Shown: in pieces, positions 39,001-52,490 of the stretch
How positions within the stretch are numbered: position 1 is the first letter of the stretch
Layout of the letters: the number at the start of each line of letters is the position of its first letter
Assembly (NCBI GenBank): GCA_951406725.2
Contig: OX597830.1
Span: forward strand, 16,554,001-16,618,000
Direction: 5' to 3'
DNA: 64,000 nucleotides
Source: Octopus vulgaris
Taxonomy: Eukaryota
The notes under the pieces: generated by a model
Database searches by the model: none
What the model was told of the DNA's origin: nothing
The model's input: the letters and a program-made list of their open reading frames with translations, nothing else
Translations under genes and position numbers: made by a program

Positions 39001-39947
39001 AGTGTTTGCTTTGGTTAAAAATCTCTGCCACTGATTTCTTCCCTGTTAGATCATGCATATTTTAGATCTAATTAATTGTAAGCAGTGTTAGCAAAGAAAT
39101 TACAAGTACCATCTGCATTGCTCAAACAATCACCCATTAAATTAGGTTTGTTTTCTTTATTTAGCAAAATATGTGTACATATGTGCAGTATTGTTGTTGC
39201 TAACAGATTCTTTCAAGTACTTCAAACTGACATTTTTAAACATTAAAATATTTTATTTTCATGTACAATGCATGAATCCTGTTGGGAAAGAGAATTTGGT
39301 TGTTATTTATTTTTTAAAATTTTTATTTTACTTTTTTGTTTTCTTTGTTTACGTTGTCATGCTCACTTTTTTTTCTTTTTAAGGGGGGTGGGGTGGGGGG
39401 GGGGTCGCCTTTCTGCCTAAAAACCATTTTGAGTTTAAACAGAAACAAAAACAGAAAAATAAAATTATGCCCCAAAATGACAGATTCTATGCCCCACACA
39501 GAAGCATGAGAGCAGATGTCCAATGCAATGTCAGAGATTCTGTGTTAAAAATTATCCCAAAAGGAATAGTTCTGTCTTCAGTTGTTCTTGATAAAAGAGG
39601 CTGAAAACTGCAGAACCAGAACCATCAACCCTTTAGCATTCAGACTACTACTGTCAAATGTAATGCTCATTTATTCAGTGTTTTGATTTCAAGAATGTGA
39701 TTGCTTATTCTTAGATGATATTGTAGGGTAGGTGCAAGAGGTCAGATGTGACCAGTTTAGACATAAAACAAATAGGATGTTTGGGCCGGATATGGCCAGT
39801 TTAAATGCTAAAGGATTAAAGCATCAGAAGGTCTTCATATATTTAGCCTGTATCCCAGTGCTCTTCAGTTCAAATCACATTAAGGTCAACTGTACCTTTC
39901 ATCATTCTGGGGTTAAGTTCCACTCAGGTACTAGGATCAGTTCTAGT

Positions 39948-40270
39948 GGATATGTGTGGTTTAGTGGTTAGGGTATGCAGCTCACAATCATAAGGTCATG
40001 AGTTCAATACCTAGCAGCATGCTGTGTCCCTGAGCAAGGCACTTTACTTCATATTGCTCAAGTCCACTCAGCTGGCAAAAATGAGCAGCATCTGTAATTC
40101 AAAGGGTCAACCTAATCCCATTGTGTGTCATGCTGAATCTCCCTGAGAACTACGTTAAGGGTACACATGTCTGTGGAATACTCTGCCACTTGCACATTTA
40201 TTTCACAAGCAGGCTGCTCCATTGGTCAGATCAACTGGACTCCTTGTTGTCACAATTGATGGATTGCCAG
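39948..40270 (+). mobile_element. Old tRNA-derived SINE with CORE-like segment
   Basis: tggtttagtggttagg, gagttcaatacc, ctgagcaaggcacttt. A related minus-strand head lies at about 47100-47230. Confidence 0.65.
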
Positions 40271-40683
40271 TTTAGGGTCAATTCTTCCCTCCCCAATGTG
40301 TCTTTGTTTTACACTAATCTGGCTTGAGAATTGTGTAACGGTACACTTCACAGGGATATTCAACCATTAATGTTAATTTCACAAGTAGCAATGCAGCCAG
40401 TCAAACAACTGAATGCACACCAGGCAGATAAATGGCTGATGCAAAAATAAAAAAATCTATGTAGTTTTGTAACAAATCCATCATAGCAAACACTAAAACT
40501 AATTTTTTTCCACTATCAGTACAAGGCTGGAAATCTTATGGGGAGAACCAAGCCAGTTACATCAACCTCAGTGCACAACATTAAAAATTTGTCAAATTAC
40601 CCAAAATAATTGTGTGTGCACGCACGGGGGCACAGGTGCGTGTCTAAACAATATAGTTAAAAGCAAAAACAAAAAATAATATA

Positions 40684-41077
40684 GGTGCAGGAGTGGCTGT
40701 GTGGTAAGTAGCTTGTTTACCAACCACATGGTTTCGGGTTCAGTCCCACTGCGTAGCATCTTGGGCAAGTGTCTTCTACTATAGCCTTGGGCCGACCAAA
40801 GCCTTGTGAGTGGATTTGGTAGACGGAAACTGAAAGAAGCCTGTCGTATATATGTATATATATATATATGCGTGTGTGTGTCTGTGTTTGTCCCCCAAGA
40901 ATTGCTTGACAACCGATGCTGGTGTGTTTACGTCCCCGTCACTTAGCGGTTCGGCAAAAGAGACCGATAGAATAAGTACTGGGCTTACAAAAGAATAAGT
41001 CCCGAGGTCGAGTTGCTCGATTAAAGGCAGTGCTCCAGCATGGCCGCAGTCAAATGACTGAAACAAGTAAAAAGAGT
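40684..41077 (+). mobile_element. SINE family A
   Basis: Full length and near-identical to the other copies. Confidence 0.9.
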
Positions 41078-41179
41078 ATCCACCCAAATAAGGATGAAAA
41101 CCACTATTTAGATTAGGCCACAGAACCTCATGACCATCTAACTGCCACTCCTGCATTCCTTCTGTTGGACCCAGTGCAA

Positions 41180-41320
41180 CCAAAGGCACTGGTAAGCCTT
41201 TTCTAAGTTGAACAGAGCAAATAGCATCCAATGTTCTCTGGGAAATGCTTCTTTCATAACATGGTAGATTATCGATATGGCCTTCACCAATATTCTATTG
41301 TCTGAATGTCTTTCCTCCTC
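41180..41320 (-). mobile_element. Non-LTR reverse-transcriptase fragment
   Basis: KEAFPREHWMLFALFNLEKAY resembles the non-LTR RT motif (FFDLEKAYD). Confidence 0.55.
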
Positions 41321-41599
41321 TTCCTCAATCAGCACAACATTCTCATAATTAATCGCCATCAGATAACTGTTGGTTATTTGCAGCACTATGAATTTCATGT
41401 TGTCCTGGTTAAGAAAGTTCTCTTTATTGGTTTAACGCACATTTTATTTGATCTTGTATTTTCCCCACAGACCATCTCCAACTCTTTGTCACTCCTGTCC
41501 ATCAACCATCTCCTCCCCATTGTTTAATGACAAAAAGCTAACACTACAAGCAGCAAAGTCCTCAGATTAATACTTGTCGGTTTCTGGGACAGAAAATGA

Positions 41600-42130
41600 G
41601 ACGAGTTTTACAGCATTTCTTGAAGCTGCAACTGGTGATGTTCAGGAACCAACAGTTTCTATAACCTGCTGTTGTTTTGGTACTGCCTCTGTCTTTCTCT
41701 CTTTCAGTTTCTCAGGTTGTTCTATGCAGAAAGTCCTCAAATGGTCCTTACTGCCACACAAGTAACAGCTAGATCTACTGCCTTGCACCACAAGTCTTGT
41801 GGACTTTCCTTTCTGTATTTTTGATGTCTAAAAGCATTTTCTGCATTGGATGGCCTCAGTATAGATCTGTAATCTTTAGAAATCATAAGAACCTACATAA
41901 CTATGTTGACCCCCATGTAACCATGTCATTCCTGGTTACCTCAGCTCTAACCACCTTAACTGCACCACAACAATGACAAGCCAAGAACCAACATCATTGT
42001 TAGCATCATTCACTGTCACCAGTCTATCAGCAGGTGTATGATACACCACCTCAGCTTAAAACTTCAGCCCATCCTCAGTTTTAAAATCTAGAGATTTGGT
42101 TTTGTAAGTCCTGCCCTAATTGACAGAAAA
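41600..42130 (-). mobile_element. Retroelement ORF1 relic with intact CX2CX4HX4C zinc knuckle
   Basis: 41767-41726 translates to CYLCGSKDHLRTFC, preceded by LVVQGSRSS. Confidence 0.7.
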
Positions 42131-42959
42131 GACAGCTCCACACATCAGCCAAGATTACCACCGATTTCCCTGAAAGACATAAGGAAACACCATCACCAGT
42201 GGCAACCAACATAGGAGTATATGACCTTCCTCCTGACTTACCCTTGAATAAGAACCCTTAAACTCTGCTAAGTGATTCATGTCCAGCATTTGTCTGTTAA
42301 TGGCAGCATTAATGAATGAAAAATTGGTATTGTCTGGCGTTAGGAAGGGCATCCAGCTGTAGAAACACTGCCAGATCAGACTGGAGCCTGGTGCAGCCTT
42401 CTGGCTTCCCAGATCCCCAGTCGAACCATCCAACCCATGCTAGCATGGAGAACGGACGTTAAACAATGATGATGATTCAGATCACTCATCCTGGATTTTT
42501 CAAACTTTATCTGGGCAAAAAAATGTATGTGTGCATGCATGTGCACCTGTGTGTATGTTGTTGTTGTTAGTTTAATCACCAGAATTGTTCGAAATAATGT
42601 TATCTGTTAAACAGTCATTTTTTTCCATGTTGTATATATATATGTATATATATGTATTGCTGCGTAATTAATTCTGTTTTTTGTTGTTGCATTCGTTGCC
42701 ATTCTTTTTTCATTTTTACGTGCATCGTGTTTCTGGCAAAAAGCCATCTTAAGTTGAATATAAACAAAATAAAATTATATCCAAAAATGTCCAAAAGTAA
42801 CAGACCTTATGTCTTCCCCGGTATGGGGAGACATCCAAAGTGCTCCCGAAGGATTCCCTGAAGATAACTATTAGGGGAGAAATGGCTTTTCTTCTTTGGC
42901 TGTGCTTAATAACAAAAATGCAAATGGGTGAAAGCAATAACAATGATGACGACTTCTTT

Positions 42960-44155
42960 AATAATAACAATTTTCTATTTTACATAGACACGAGGTCTGA
43001 AATTTCAGGGAGCAATGGTTTGTTAATTAAATGGACCTCAGTATTTGAATGGAGGCACATGGCCTAGTGGTTAGAGCAGCGGACTCACGGTCGAGAGATT
43101 GCAGGTTCGAATCTCAGACTGGGCGATGTGTGTGTTTATGAGCGAAACACCAAAGCTCCACGCAGCTCCGGCAGAAGGTAATGGCGAACTTCTGCTGACT
43201 CTTTCGCCACAACTTTCTCTCACACTTTCATCTCGCATCTTGCAAGCTCACCTGCAACAAACCGGCATCCTGTCCAGATGGGGAACCTATACGCCAAGGA
43301 AACCAGGGAAACTGGCCCTTATGAACCAGGCATGGCTCGAGAAGGAACAAACAACAAAAACAGTATTTGACTGGTACTTTATTTACCAATCCCAGAGAAA
43401 TGAAACGCAAAGATAACCTCAGCCAAAGAATTTTGACTGACACACTAGCAAGTCCTACCAACCATGGCCTCTTATACCAATTCACCATAATAGTAATAAT
43501 AAAGCTTTTCTGCTATAGGTACAAGACTTGAAATCAGTGGGGGGGGGGGCTAGTCAATTACACTGACCCCAGTGCTAAACTGGTACTTAATTTGTCAACA
43601 ACCCCAGAAAGTATGATGGGCAAAGGTTGACCTTGGTGGCATTTGAACTCAGAATGTAAAGACAGATGAAATGCCACTAAGCATTTTGTACAATTTTGCC
43701 AGCGTGCTGCCATAATAATTATGATAATAATGGTTTCAAATTTTGGCACAAAGCCAGCAATTTGGGGGAGGGGGGTTAAGTCACCCCAGTGCTCAACTGG
43801 TGCTTATTTTATCGATCCCAAAAGGATGAAAAGCAAAGTCAACCCTGACAGCATTTGAGCTCAGAACGTCAAGACAGATGGAATGCCACTAAGCATTTTA
43901 CCTAATGCTCTAACGGTTCTGCCAGAATAATAATGGTTTCAAATTTTGGCAAAAGGTCAGCAGTTTTGGGGGAAAGGGTTAAGTCAATTACATTGACTCC
44001 TACCCCCAGTGCTCAACTAGTACTTATTTTATCTACCCCTAAAGGATAAAAGATGAAGTCAACCCTGGCAATAGGACGTAAAGTTGGAAGATAATTCTGC
44101 TAAGTATTTTGTCCAACACAGTAATGATTCTGCCAGCTCACCACCCTATTAATAA

Positions 44156-44186
<31 letters not shown>

Positions 44187-45035
44187 CAGTGATGATTTTA
44201 TTTCTAAATACTGATGTTTTTATACTAATAACTGTTTCTAATTCAGGCACAATGCCAGCAATATTGATCGGTACAGGTTAGTCAATTACATTAACTCCAG
44301 TTCTTGACTAATAATTTTATTGACTCTGCTTTTCATCCTTTGAGGATAAAAGCTAAAGCTGACCTCAGCAAGATTTGAACTCAGAATGTAGAGCTGGAAG
44401 CAATACCACAAGTCTTTTTTTTACCTACATTCTAACTATTCTGCTCATCAGTCTTAATGTCGCTAAATTAGGCAAGAGGCCAGCAATTTTGAGACAAGGG
44501 GGTTACAGAATTACATAAAACCCAGGACCATGAAAGGATAAAAAGTGAAGTTCACCTGAGTGGAATATGAACTCAGAATATAAAGAGGCTTTCCACAAGG
44601 CATTTCGTCTGACACTTTAATGATTTTGACCACTCATTGACCTATATGTCAATTCACCTAATAATAATGGGGTTTGAATTTAGGCACAGGGCTGACAATT
44701 TTGAGGGAACAGGGTTAGTCAATATCAATGACTCCAGTGCTTAACTAGTATTGCATTTTATTGACCCCAAATGATGAAAGGTTAAGTTGACCACAATGAG
44801 ATTTAAACCCTTCAGTATTTAATCCAGCCTTATCCAGTCAAAATATTTTACCTGTTTTATGTTAAAACTGACCAGATCCAACCACTCACACGAACCCTAC
44901 AATGTCATTCTATAAATATACAAACACACCATTAAAATCTTGAAAATGCACGATTAATTCAAAACAATGTGAATAAATAATCATCACATTCCACTGAGAA
45001 ACCTGAATGCTAAAGGGTCAAACTCAGAATGTAAA
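42960..45035 (-). mobile_element. Array of about 7 head-to-tail old B2 SINEs with nested younger elements
   Basis: Repeated ggcacaa..cagcaatttt / accccagtgct / aaagt.gacc / atttgaactcagaa units with (TAA)n or (TGA)n spacers. Confidence 0.8.
43049..43360 (+). mobile_element. tRNA-derived SINE with V-domain-like segment, 10-bp TSD
   Basis: A box tggcctagtgg, B box ggttcgaatc, cctgcaacaaaccggcatcctgtccag and (AAC)-rich tail. TSD cagtatttga at 43039-43048 and 43361-43370. Confidence 0.85.
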
Positions 45036-46825
45036 AGCCTTCAAAGATCAAATATGTACAAGTTTGTGAAGCTGCTTCTATGCCTGGCATGATGTATCCT
45101 TTTCATTGCTAATTATCTGATGGACTATATATTTCTGACATCTTTATTACCAAAAATTTTGGCTCTAAAGAAAATTTTTTAGCTCACATCATGCTATAAT
45201 CTTAGATCTTTCACTTGTTTCAGTTATAGACTGCAACCAAGCTGGGGCACCACCTTCTTGAAGAATTTTTAGTCAAATGGATCAATGCCAGTCCTTTTTT
45301 TTTAAAAACAAAAAGCCTGATACTTATTCTATCGGTCTCTTTTGCTAAATCACTAAGTTATAGAGACATAAACACAACAACACAAATTGTATGCAGTGGA
45401 CAAACAGACACACACACACATATATATACAACAGGCTTCTTTCAGTTACCATCTACCAAATACACTCACAAGACTTTCGTCGGTCCAAGGCTAAAGTAAA
45501 AGGAACTTGTCCAAGAGGTTATGCAGAGGGACTGAACCCAGAACCATGTAGTTGGAAAGCAAGCTTCTTACCACCACACAGATATGCCTGCACCAATTCA
45601 AATTTTCAAATCTAATAGTGCCAACTATGTTCCCTATCCCCACTTTTCCAAAATAACATTCTCTAAATTTTTATCACTTTAGAATTCCTCTGTTATTTCC
45701 TCCACTAAAACAAGAAGAAAAAAAAAAGAAGAAGAAAAACATAATAGATAATATAAGCCTTTTGAATATTTGTTAGCTCAAAATACTCAAAACAGAATTA
45801 TGTCAAAATGGACAGATATAATTCCACTGAAATTCAATATGAGTGAAATGACAGGTAAAAGTAAAATTATAAACCAAAATTAGGCCACATTGAGGAATCA
45901 GAAGCATTTAAGAATGGTCTCAATAGACAAGACATGTATTGAGGGAATATATGGTAAGGAGAAAAGATTATAAACCTTATAACAACATCAAAACATCAAC
46001 ATTACTCACTGAAAGAAACTATATCCATAACACCACACCCATATTATTCTGACATCCTATATTACTCTGATGGGCTTTACTATTGGTGATGACCTATTAT
46101 GTATGCTAGAAATCCAAAGATTGATACAATAGTCTCAGATCCCTCTCAACTTGCTGAAAACTGTAAACTATCTTCATCCAAACCTACTCATCTCATCTCA
46201 TTTTCCACCATTCCCATGTCTATTTCCTTAGATACAAGTTCCCCAATGATCTCCAGCACACACCAAATGAGATGTTGAGCACATGTGACGTGTATGAAGG
46301 GCTGGGTGTAGTAGCAGTGCCAAACAATTCAAGTAAAAGGAGCCTAGAGAAGAGGAGGAAGAAGAGGTAGAGGACTAATCTCAAGAAGCTGAACTTCACA
46401 AAGATCATAGTAAGTAGCAAGAAGCTGTGCCCACATGGAAAATGGATGTAAAGTAATGATTACATCTGTACCGAATGTAAACAAAAGTGAATTATCCAGA
46501 CACACTACGAAAGTAACTGGGTTTAAGCAAGGAAGTCATAAATATTTAAACACAGAAAACCAAGACAACAGGATAGTGGATGATCAACTGAGGGGCCAGG
46601 GATTTCTTTATTGTTCCTGGCACTGACATAGCCATAATTAAAACACTTAATTCTGAAATGATCCAGTCTGCTTATTCTGTAAATAAATTAAAACCTCTCA
46701 ATGCTGTGAGCTATGACAGCACAGTCAAATTGATCATGTGATCATTTGACTGACCAGACTATCAGATGTTGTTACACACATGCTGGTCACAATGCACTTT
46801 TGCGTCATTTTAGCCTTTGAATACC

Positions 46826-47046
46826 TATTTCTTTACTGCCCACAAGGGGCTAAACACAGAGAGGACAGGCAAACAGATTAAGTCGATTATATCGACCCCA
46901 GTGCGTAACTGGTACTTATTTAACGGACCCCGAAAGGATGAAAGGCAAAGTCGACCTCGGCGGAATTTGAACTCAGAACGTAGCGACAGACGAAATACTG
47001 CTAAGCATTTCGCCCAGCGTGCTAACGATTCTGCCAGCTAGCCACC
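46826..47046 (-). mobile_element. SINE B1 inserted in an older SINE
   Basis: TSD ttgaatacc at 46817-46825 and 47047-47055. Confidence 0.85.
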
Positions 47047-47404
47047 TTGAATACCACCACCCTGCTGGCTTGGCAAGAAGGCCAACATTTTCCCCTAATG
47101 GGGAGGGGAACTGGAGCAACATGAAATGAAGTGTCTTGCTCAAGAACACCATGTGCCACCCAGTCTAGGAATCAAACCCACAATCTAACAATCATGAGTG
47201 CAACAGCCTTACCATTAGGCCATGCACCTTCATGTAAAATTGATAAGCTGTGACACTATAACAGAATGCCATTGCAATTTGATTTCTTTTCACCTCTGTA
47301 GTGTCATTGATGGTATTTCTAAATCTTTTCCCCCATAAGGCTTTTATTGGATTACCTCAAAGTTGTTCACTTGCATCAGTAATATTTCTGCTCACTGAGT
47401 CTCA

Positions 47405-47750
47405 CAGAGGTGAGGATAAGTGACAGAGACATCAGGCAATTTTCTGTGCTTGAGAAGGCGTCAAGCTAAGTTAAATCGTAGTCGTGGCCAGTGCTGGTGA
47501 CACATGAAAGGTAGCTGTGCTAGTGAAATGTAAAACACACCTGTGCTGGTGACCTGTAAAAAGCACCTGTGCCGCAGACACATAAAAGACGCCCAGTACA
47601 CTAAATGAAGTGGTTGGCATTAGGAAGGGCATCCAGCTGTAGAAACAAAGTTAAAACAGACTTGAGCCTGGTGCAACTCTGGCTTACAAGCTCCACTCAA
47701 ACCATCCAACCCATGCCAGCATGGAAAACAGATGCTAAATGATGATGATG
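47405..47750 (+). mobile_element. RTE-like LINE 3' end (family C)
   Basis: gtgcttgagaag...ggttggcattaggaagggcatccagctgtagaaa...(GAT)n. Short copies also at 42336-42476 (+) and 48590-48740 (-). Confidence 0.8.
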
Positions 47751-49444
47751 AGTCAACGTTTACTGTGGTGGGCAATTAACCTGCCATCCTGCCAGCTGTA
47801 TACTCAAACATATGTAGATTCAGTCCTCACAGAAACCCAATTACTGCAATCACCAGGAAAGCAAAAAGACACTACCATCTAACTAGCTTTCTTTCTCCTT
47901 TTAACGGTGGTTACCAATTTTTAAAAATTGTCCTACTTTTCCATTCACAAACACAACAAAGTTGTCAGTTGTATTTGCACAGCAACAGCCAGCATAACAT
48001 GCCTCTTGCCTTGAATAACTCTGAAGCCACAACAATCCTACTTATGCATGCATACGGTATTAGTAGTACCAAAATGACTGGTTTACACCACATTCCAAAC
48101 GTCACCTTCAAATATAAGAACCCAAAATAGGTTCACATTTTCACCATGAAATAAGCGCACTTTATACAAATGAATATATTTGTGTTGCAACATACTCCCG
48201 ACTGAAGCAAGCTCTCTTATTTAACCAATTACTAACCAATTTGACCAAATCTCAAAGTGACTAAGACAATTATAAACTACACCCTGAACTAATTACTCAC
48301 CTGAATTAACAGCTACTTTGTTGCCCATTATATTACAGTATGTGCAGATTAAACCTTATGGACAACATTTCCCTTTTCTATCTCAATAACCTCCTGTCTA
48401 ATAATCACCAAAACACCGTAACAAATGAATGGAAAAGAGCCTCTACAGGGTTGCTTGACATCCTAGAAACTGTAGTCAAATCTCTCTAAAATTATAAACC
48501 TACCACTTTGCAAAAGGAAGAACAAGTGTGGCAGTGTGAAAAGAAGGTAGCTTCTCAAATTTAATTTCACTGCGTGGCACCTTGGACATTATCATCATCA
48601 TCATCATTATTTAGCGTCTGCTTTCCATGCTAGCATGGGTTGGATGGTTCAACTGGGGTCAGGGAAGCCAGAAGGCTGCACCAGGCCCAGTCTGATCTGG
48701 CAATGTTTCTAGGGCTGGATGCCCTTCCTAACGCCAACCAAGCCCAATCAAAGACTTGTGCATGAATTTGGTACACAGAAACTGAAAGAAGCCTATTGTG
48801 AGTGTGTGTGTGTTATTATAACTTTGCCTTCAAACTGTGTGATAACTGTAAAGCAAGTGTCACTGTCATACAAACATGGAAAAGAGGATGATGTTAAAAT
48901 GATGACAGGTAGATGTTGATACACAATATCCAAAAGAAAGATGGGAGGTTCATAGATGGAGCACTGTTGGGTCCACAAGAGCTGACCTGTGGTTAAACAA
49001 CAACTGTTATACTGATAATATTGCTCTCCATTCCTTTCCTCCCCAATTGCAAGTAACAACAATGGTAACTAAACAGGTCTTAACCAGTGTAGACATTAAT
49101 AAGGACCTCGCCAGTATAGTCTGAATCACACCAACAATTTCTGTGAAGCACAAAATAAACTCAAGTTCACAATGTAGCAAAAGCTACTGGAGATATCAAG
49201 TGCTTCAATGCAATATGATACTTCAATTATTAAAATATTACAAAAATAATAGATCACCACCAAGAGTAAGCTATCATCGTTTCTCACAGGGTGGGGTGGG
49301 GTAGGTACTATCAGCACTGAAAGTGGGCAGACAAGTCACATGATTAATAAAAATTAGGTTGTTTTAAATTTTTTTAAAACTTGCCACATATCATACTGAT
49401 GAAAGAATTAAGTACATGCAAACTCTATCTTGGTTTCTAATAAA

Positions 49445-49830
49445 GGCACAGGAGTGGCTGTGGGGAAAGTAGCTTGCTTACCAACCACATGGTTCCAGGG
49501 TTCAGTCCCACTGCATGGCACCTTGGGCAAGTGTTTTCTACTATAGCCTCGGGCCGACCAAAGCCTTGTGAGTGGATTTGGTAGACGGAAACTGAAAAGA
49601 AGCCCATCGTATATATGTATATATATGTGTGTGTGTTTGTCCCCTCAAAATCGCTTGACAACCGATGCTGATGTGTTTACGTCCCTGTAACTTAGCGGTT
49701 TGGCAAAAGAGAATGATAGAACAAGTACTAGGCTTACAAAGAATAAGTCCTGGCGGTCGCTTTCCTCGACTAAAGGCGGTGCTCCAGCAAGGCAGCAGTC
49801 AAATGACTGAAACAAGTAAAAGAGAGTAAA
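49445..49830 (+). mobile_element. SINE family A
   Basis: Full length. Confidence 0.9.
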
Positions 49831-50401
49831 GACGTGAAGATGGTCCCAAAAAATTTCCCTATCTTCTTTTTTTGCAAGGGGAATGGAATTGGAAAAGCAA
49901 AGGTAGTATTTGTCAATCAGAAAATCACTGCATTGGGTATCCATGAAGTGTCACCAAGGCAACAAGCTAGCAGAACCATTAGCATGCTAGGCAAAACGCT
50001 TAGTAGCATTTAGTCTGCCGTTACGTTCTGAGTTCAAATTCTGCTGTGGTCAACTTTGCCTTTCATTTCTTTCAGGGTCAATAAAAATAAGTACCAGTTG
50101 ACTTACCTCTCCCCTGAAATTGCTGGCCTTGTGCCAAAATTTAAAAGTAACATCCTGATTAACTATCACATTTTATGCCCACTCCTGGCTCTACAACAAA
50201 TATTATTTCTCTAAACTTGCCAAATTCCTGCTGTCAAGACTTACACACTTATGCCATATCTAACTTCGCAGTTTGTGCACTTTCCCACTGGCACTGAGGT
50301 TTCCAATCATACACAGCACACTTCTCAAAACTGTTCAGCCCTTTTCAAATACATAACTTACTTCTAATATACTTGAATTTCATTATTATAAGTTCGCCAT
50401 A

Positions 50402-50870
50402 AGGCGGCAAGCTGGCACAAACATTAGTACATGGGGCGAAATGCTTAGTGGTATTTCATCTGTTTTTACGTTCTGAGTTAAAATTCCGCCGAGGTCGACT
50501 TTGCCTTTCATCCTTTCAGGGTCAATAAATTAAGTACCTATTTCTTTATTACCCACAAGGGACTAAACACAGAGGGGACAAAAAAGGACAGACAAACGGA
50601 TTAAGTCGATTATATCGACCCCAGTGCATAACTGGTCCTTTATTTATCGACCCCCGAAAGGATGAAAGGCAAAGTCGACCTCGGCAGAATTTGAACTCAG
50701 AACATAGCGGCAGACGAAATACCGCGAAGCATTTCGCCCGGCGTGCTAACGTTTCTGCCAGCTCTTCGCCTCGGTAAATTAAGTACCACTTGCATAGTGG
50801 GGTCGATCTAATCGACTGAGCCCCCTCTCCGAAAATTCCGGGCCTTGTGCCTAGAGTAGAAAAGATTATA
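50402..50870. mobile_element. B2 SINE (plus) with a B1 SINE inserted antisense (50539-50774)
   Basis: 13-bp TSD taaattaagtacc at 50526-50538 and 50775-50787. Another B2 copy lies at 49957-50148. Confidence 0.9.
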
Positions 50871-51393
50871 AGTATGCCACATACCTTCTGTGATCCACTA
50901 CACAATAGCTATCTTTGTCACTTGAGAACAATTATATTTCATGTAAAAAAAGATAAATAAATAAATAAATAAACTACAGATGATATTAATAAACCAGTCC
51001 AAATATTAAACTCTGACACTGAAAATCTACTTTGTTTATTTGAAGGACACTGCTCATCCAATTAGTTTACTTTCTCACCAATTAACCAATATCTACAATG
51101 TCCTAGCAACCAAACTACTACAAATACACACTGACACAAGAAAACATACCACCAGAATTCTTGTGACTTTGTCCATTATTTAGTAACTTCCTCTCTCGTT
51201 ATGTGATTACGAGGTGCTACAATTCTAAATAGGGGAACTGCACTACACAATGAAAAGTTTCTGTGTAGTACAATTCAGTCTCCTGATATTAAACAGAGGA
51301 AATAGGATTCCACACAGATATCAGATTGAATATTCAGTCTTGTACACAAATGTATGCTGAATAAAGGCTGGTGTGATCGGAACAGTGTTAGAC

Positions 51394-52219
51394 CAGTGGT
51401 TTTCAACTAGGGTCCATATAAGATTTCATCGTTAAAATTTGTGCAATAAATTGATTACACTTCTACAATACACAAAATAGTTTAATAATTATTGTTATGC
51501 AATTCCTAATAATATTTCATCGTTTAACGTCCGTTCTCCATGCTAGCATGGGTTGGACGGTTCGACCGGGGATCTGGGAAGCCAGAAGGCTGCACCAGGC
51601 TCCAGTCTGATCTTGCAGTGTTTCTAAAGCTGGATGCCCTTCCTAACGCCAACCACTCCGTGAGTGTAGTTGGTGCTTTTCACGTGCCACCGGCACCGGT
51701 GCCAGGCGAGGCTGGCAAACGACCACGATCGGATTGGTGCTTTTTACATGCCTCCAGCACTAAAAGCCAGTCAAGGCGGCGCTGTAATATAATAGGATTT
51801 TTTTGAGTTAAGTACATCAACATCAAAATAAATATCAAATGGAAATAGTACTTGTGATACCTGTGCCGGTGGCACATAAAAAGCACCATCTGAACGTGGC
51901 TGATGCCAGCGCCACTTTGACTGGCTTCTGTGCTGGTGGCACGTAAAAAGCACCTACCAATCATGGCCACTGCCAGCCTCCCCTGGCAAGTAAAAAGCAC
52001 CCACTACACTCACGGAATGGCATCCAGCTGTAGAAACTCTGCCAGATCAGACTGGAGCCTGGTGCAGCCTCCTGGCTTCCGAGACCCTGGTCGAATCGTC
52101 CAACCCATGCTAGCACGGAAAACGGATGTTAAATGATGATGATTGAATGGCTAGGAGGGTCCACCTGAGTAAAATAGTAATCAAAGGGGTCCATAGACAA
52201 AAAGAGGTTGAGAAACAAT
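51394..52219. mobile_element. hAT MITE containing two oppositely oriented family C 3' ends
   Basis: TSD tgttagac / tgtcagac. Family C copies at 51517-51783 (-) and about 51790-52144 (+). Confidence 0.8.
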
Positions 52220-52490
52220 GTGTCAGACAAACAATATATATGAGAGTAGTCCAAAATGAGCCAAATGTTTGAAGTAATTATCTAAATGTTAATTGTCCCA
52301 AAATGCCTATCATCACACACACACACATATATATATATAAGTGATCAACTCATGCAGATGGAAAACTTTAGTTTTTGTAATATGAGAGTGATTTAAAATT
52401 TTGTTGTTTTAATAAAGCATTTCAAACGTGCTTTTGAGGACCATCATTTAAAACTCTCATATTACAATTATGAGGAAGTCTCCAATACTA

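Noticed and set aside
42810-42833. GC hairpin tgtcttcccc-ggtat-ggggagaca as a Helitron end or terminator
   Set aside because: No CTRR terminus at the expected distance, single occurrence, and intrinsic terminators are irrelevant here.
43050-43120. tRNA-like sequence with good A and B boxes
   Set aside because: No complete cloverleaf or poly-T terminator; it continues into a SINE body and has a TSD.
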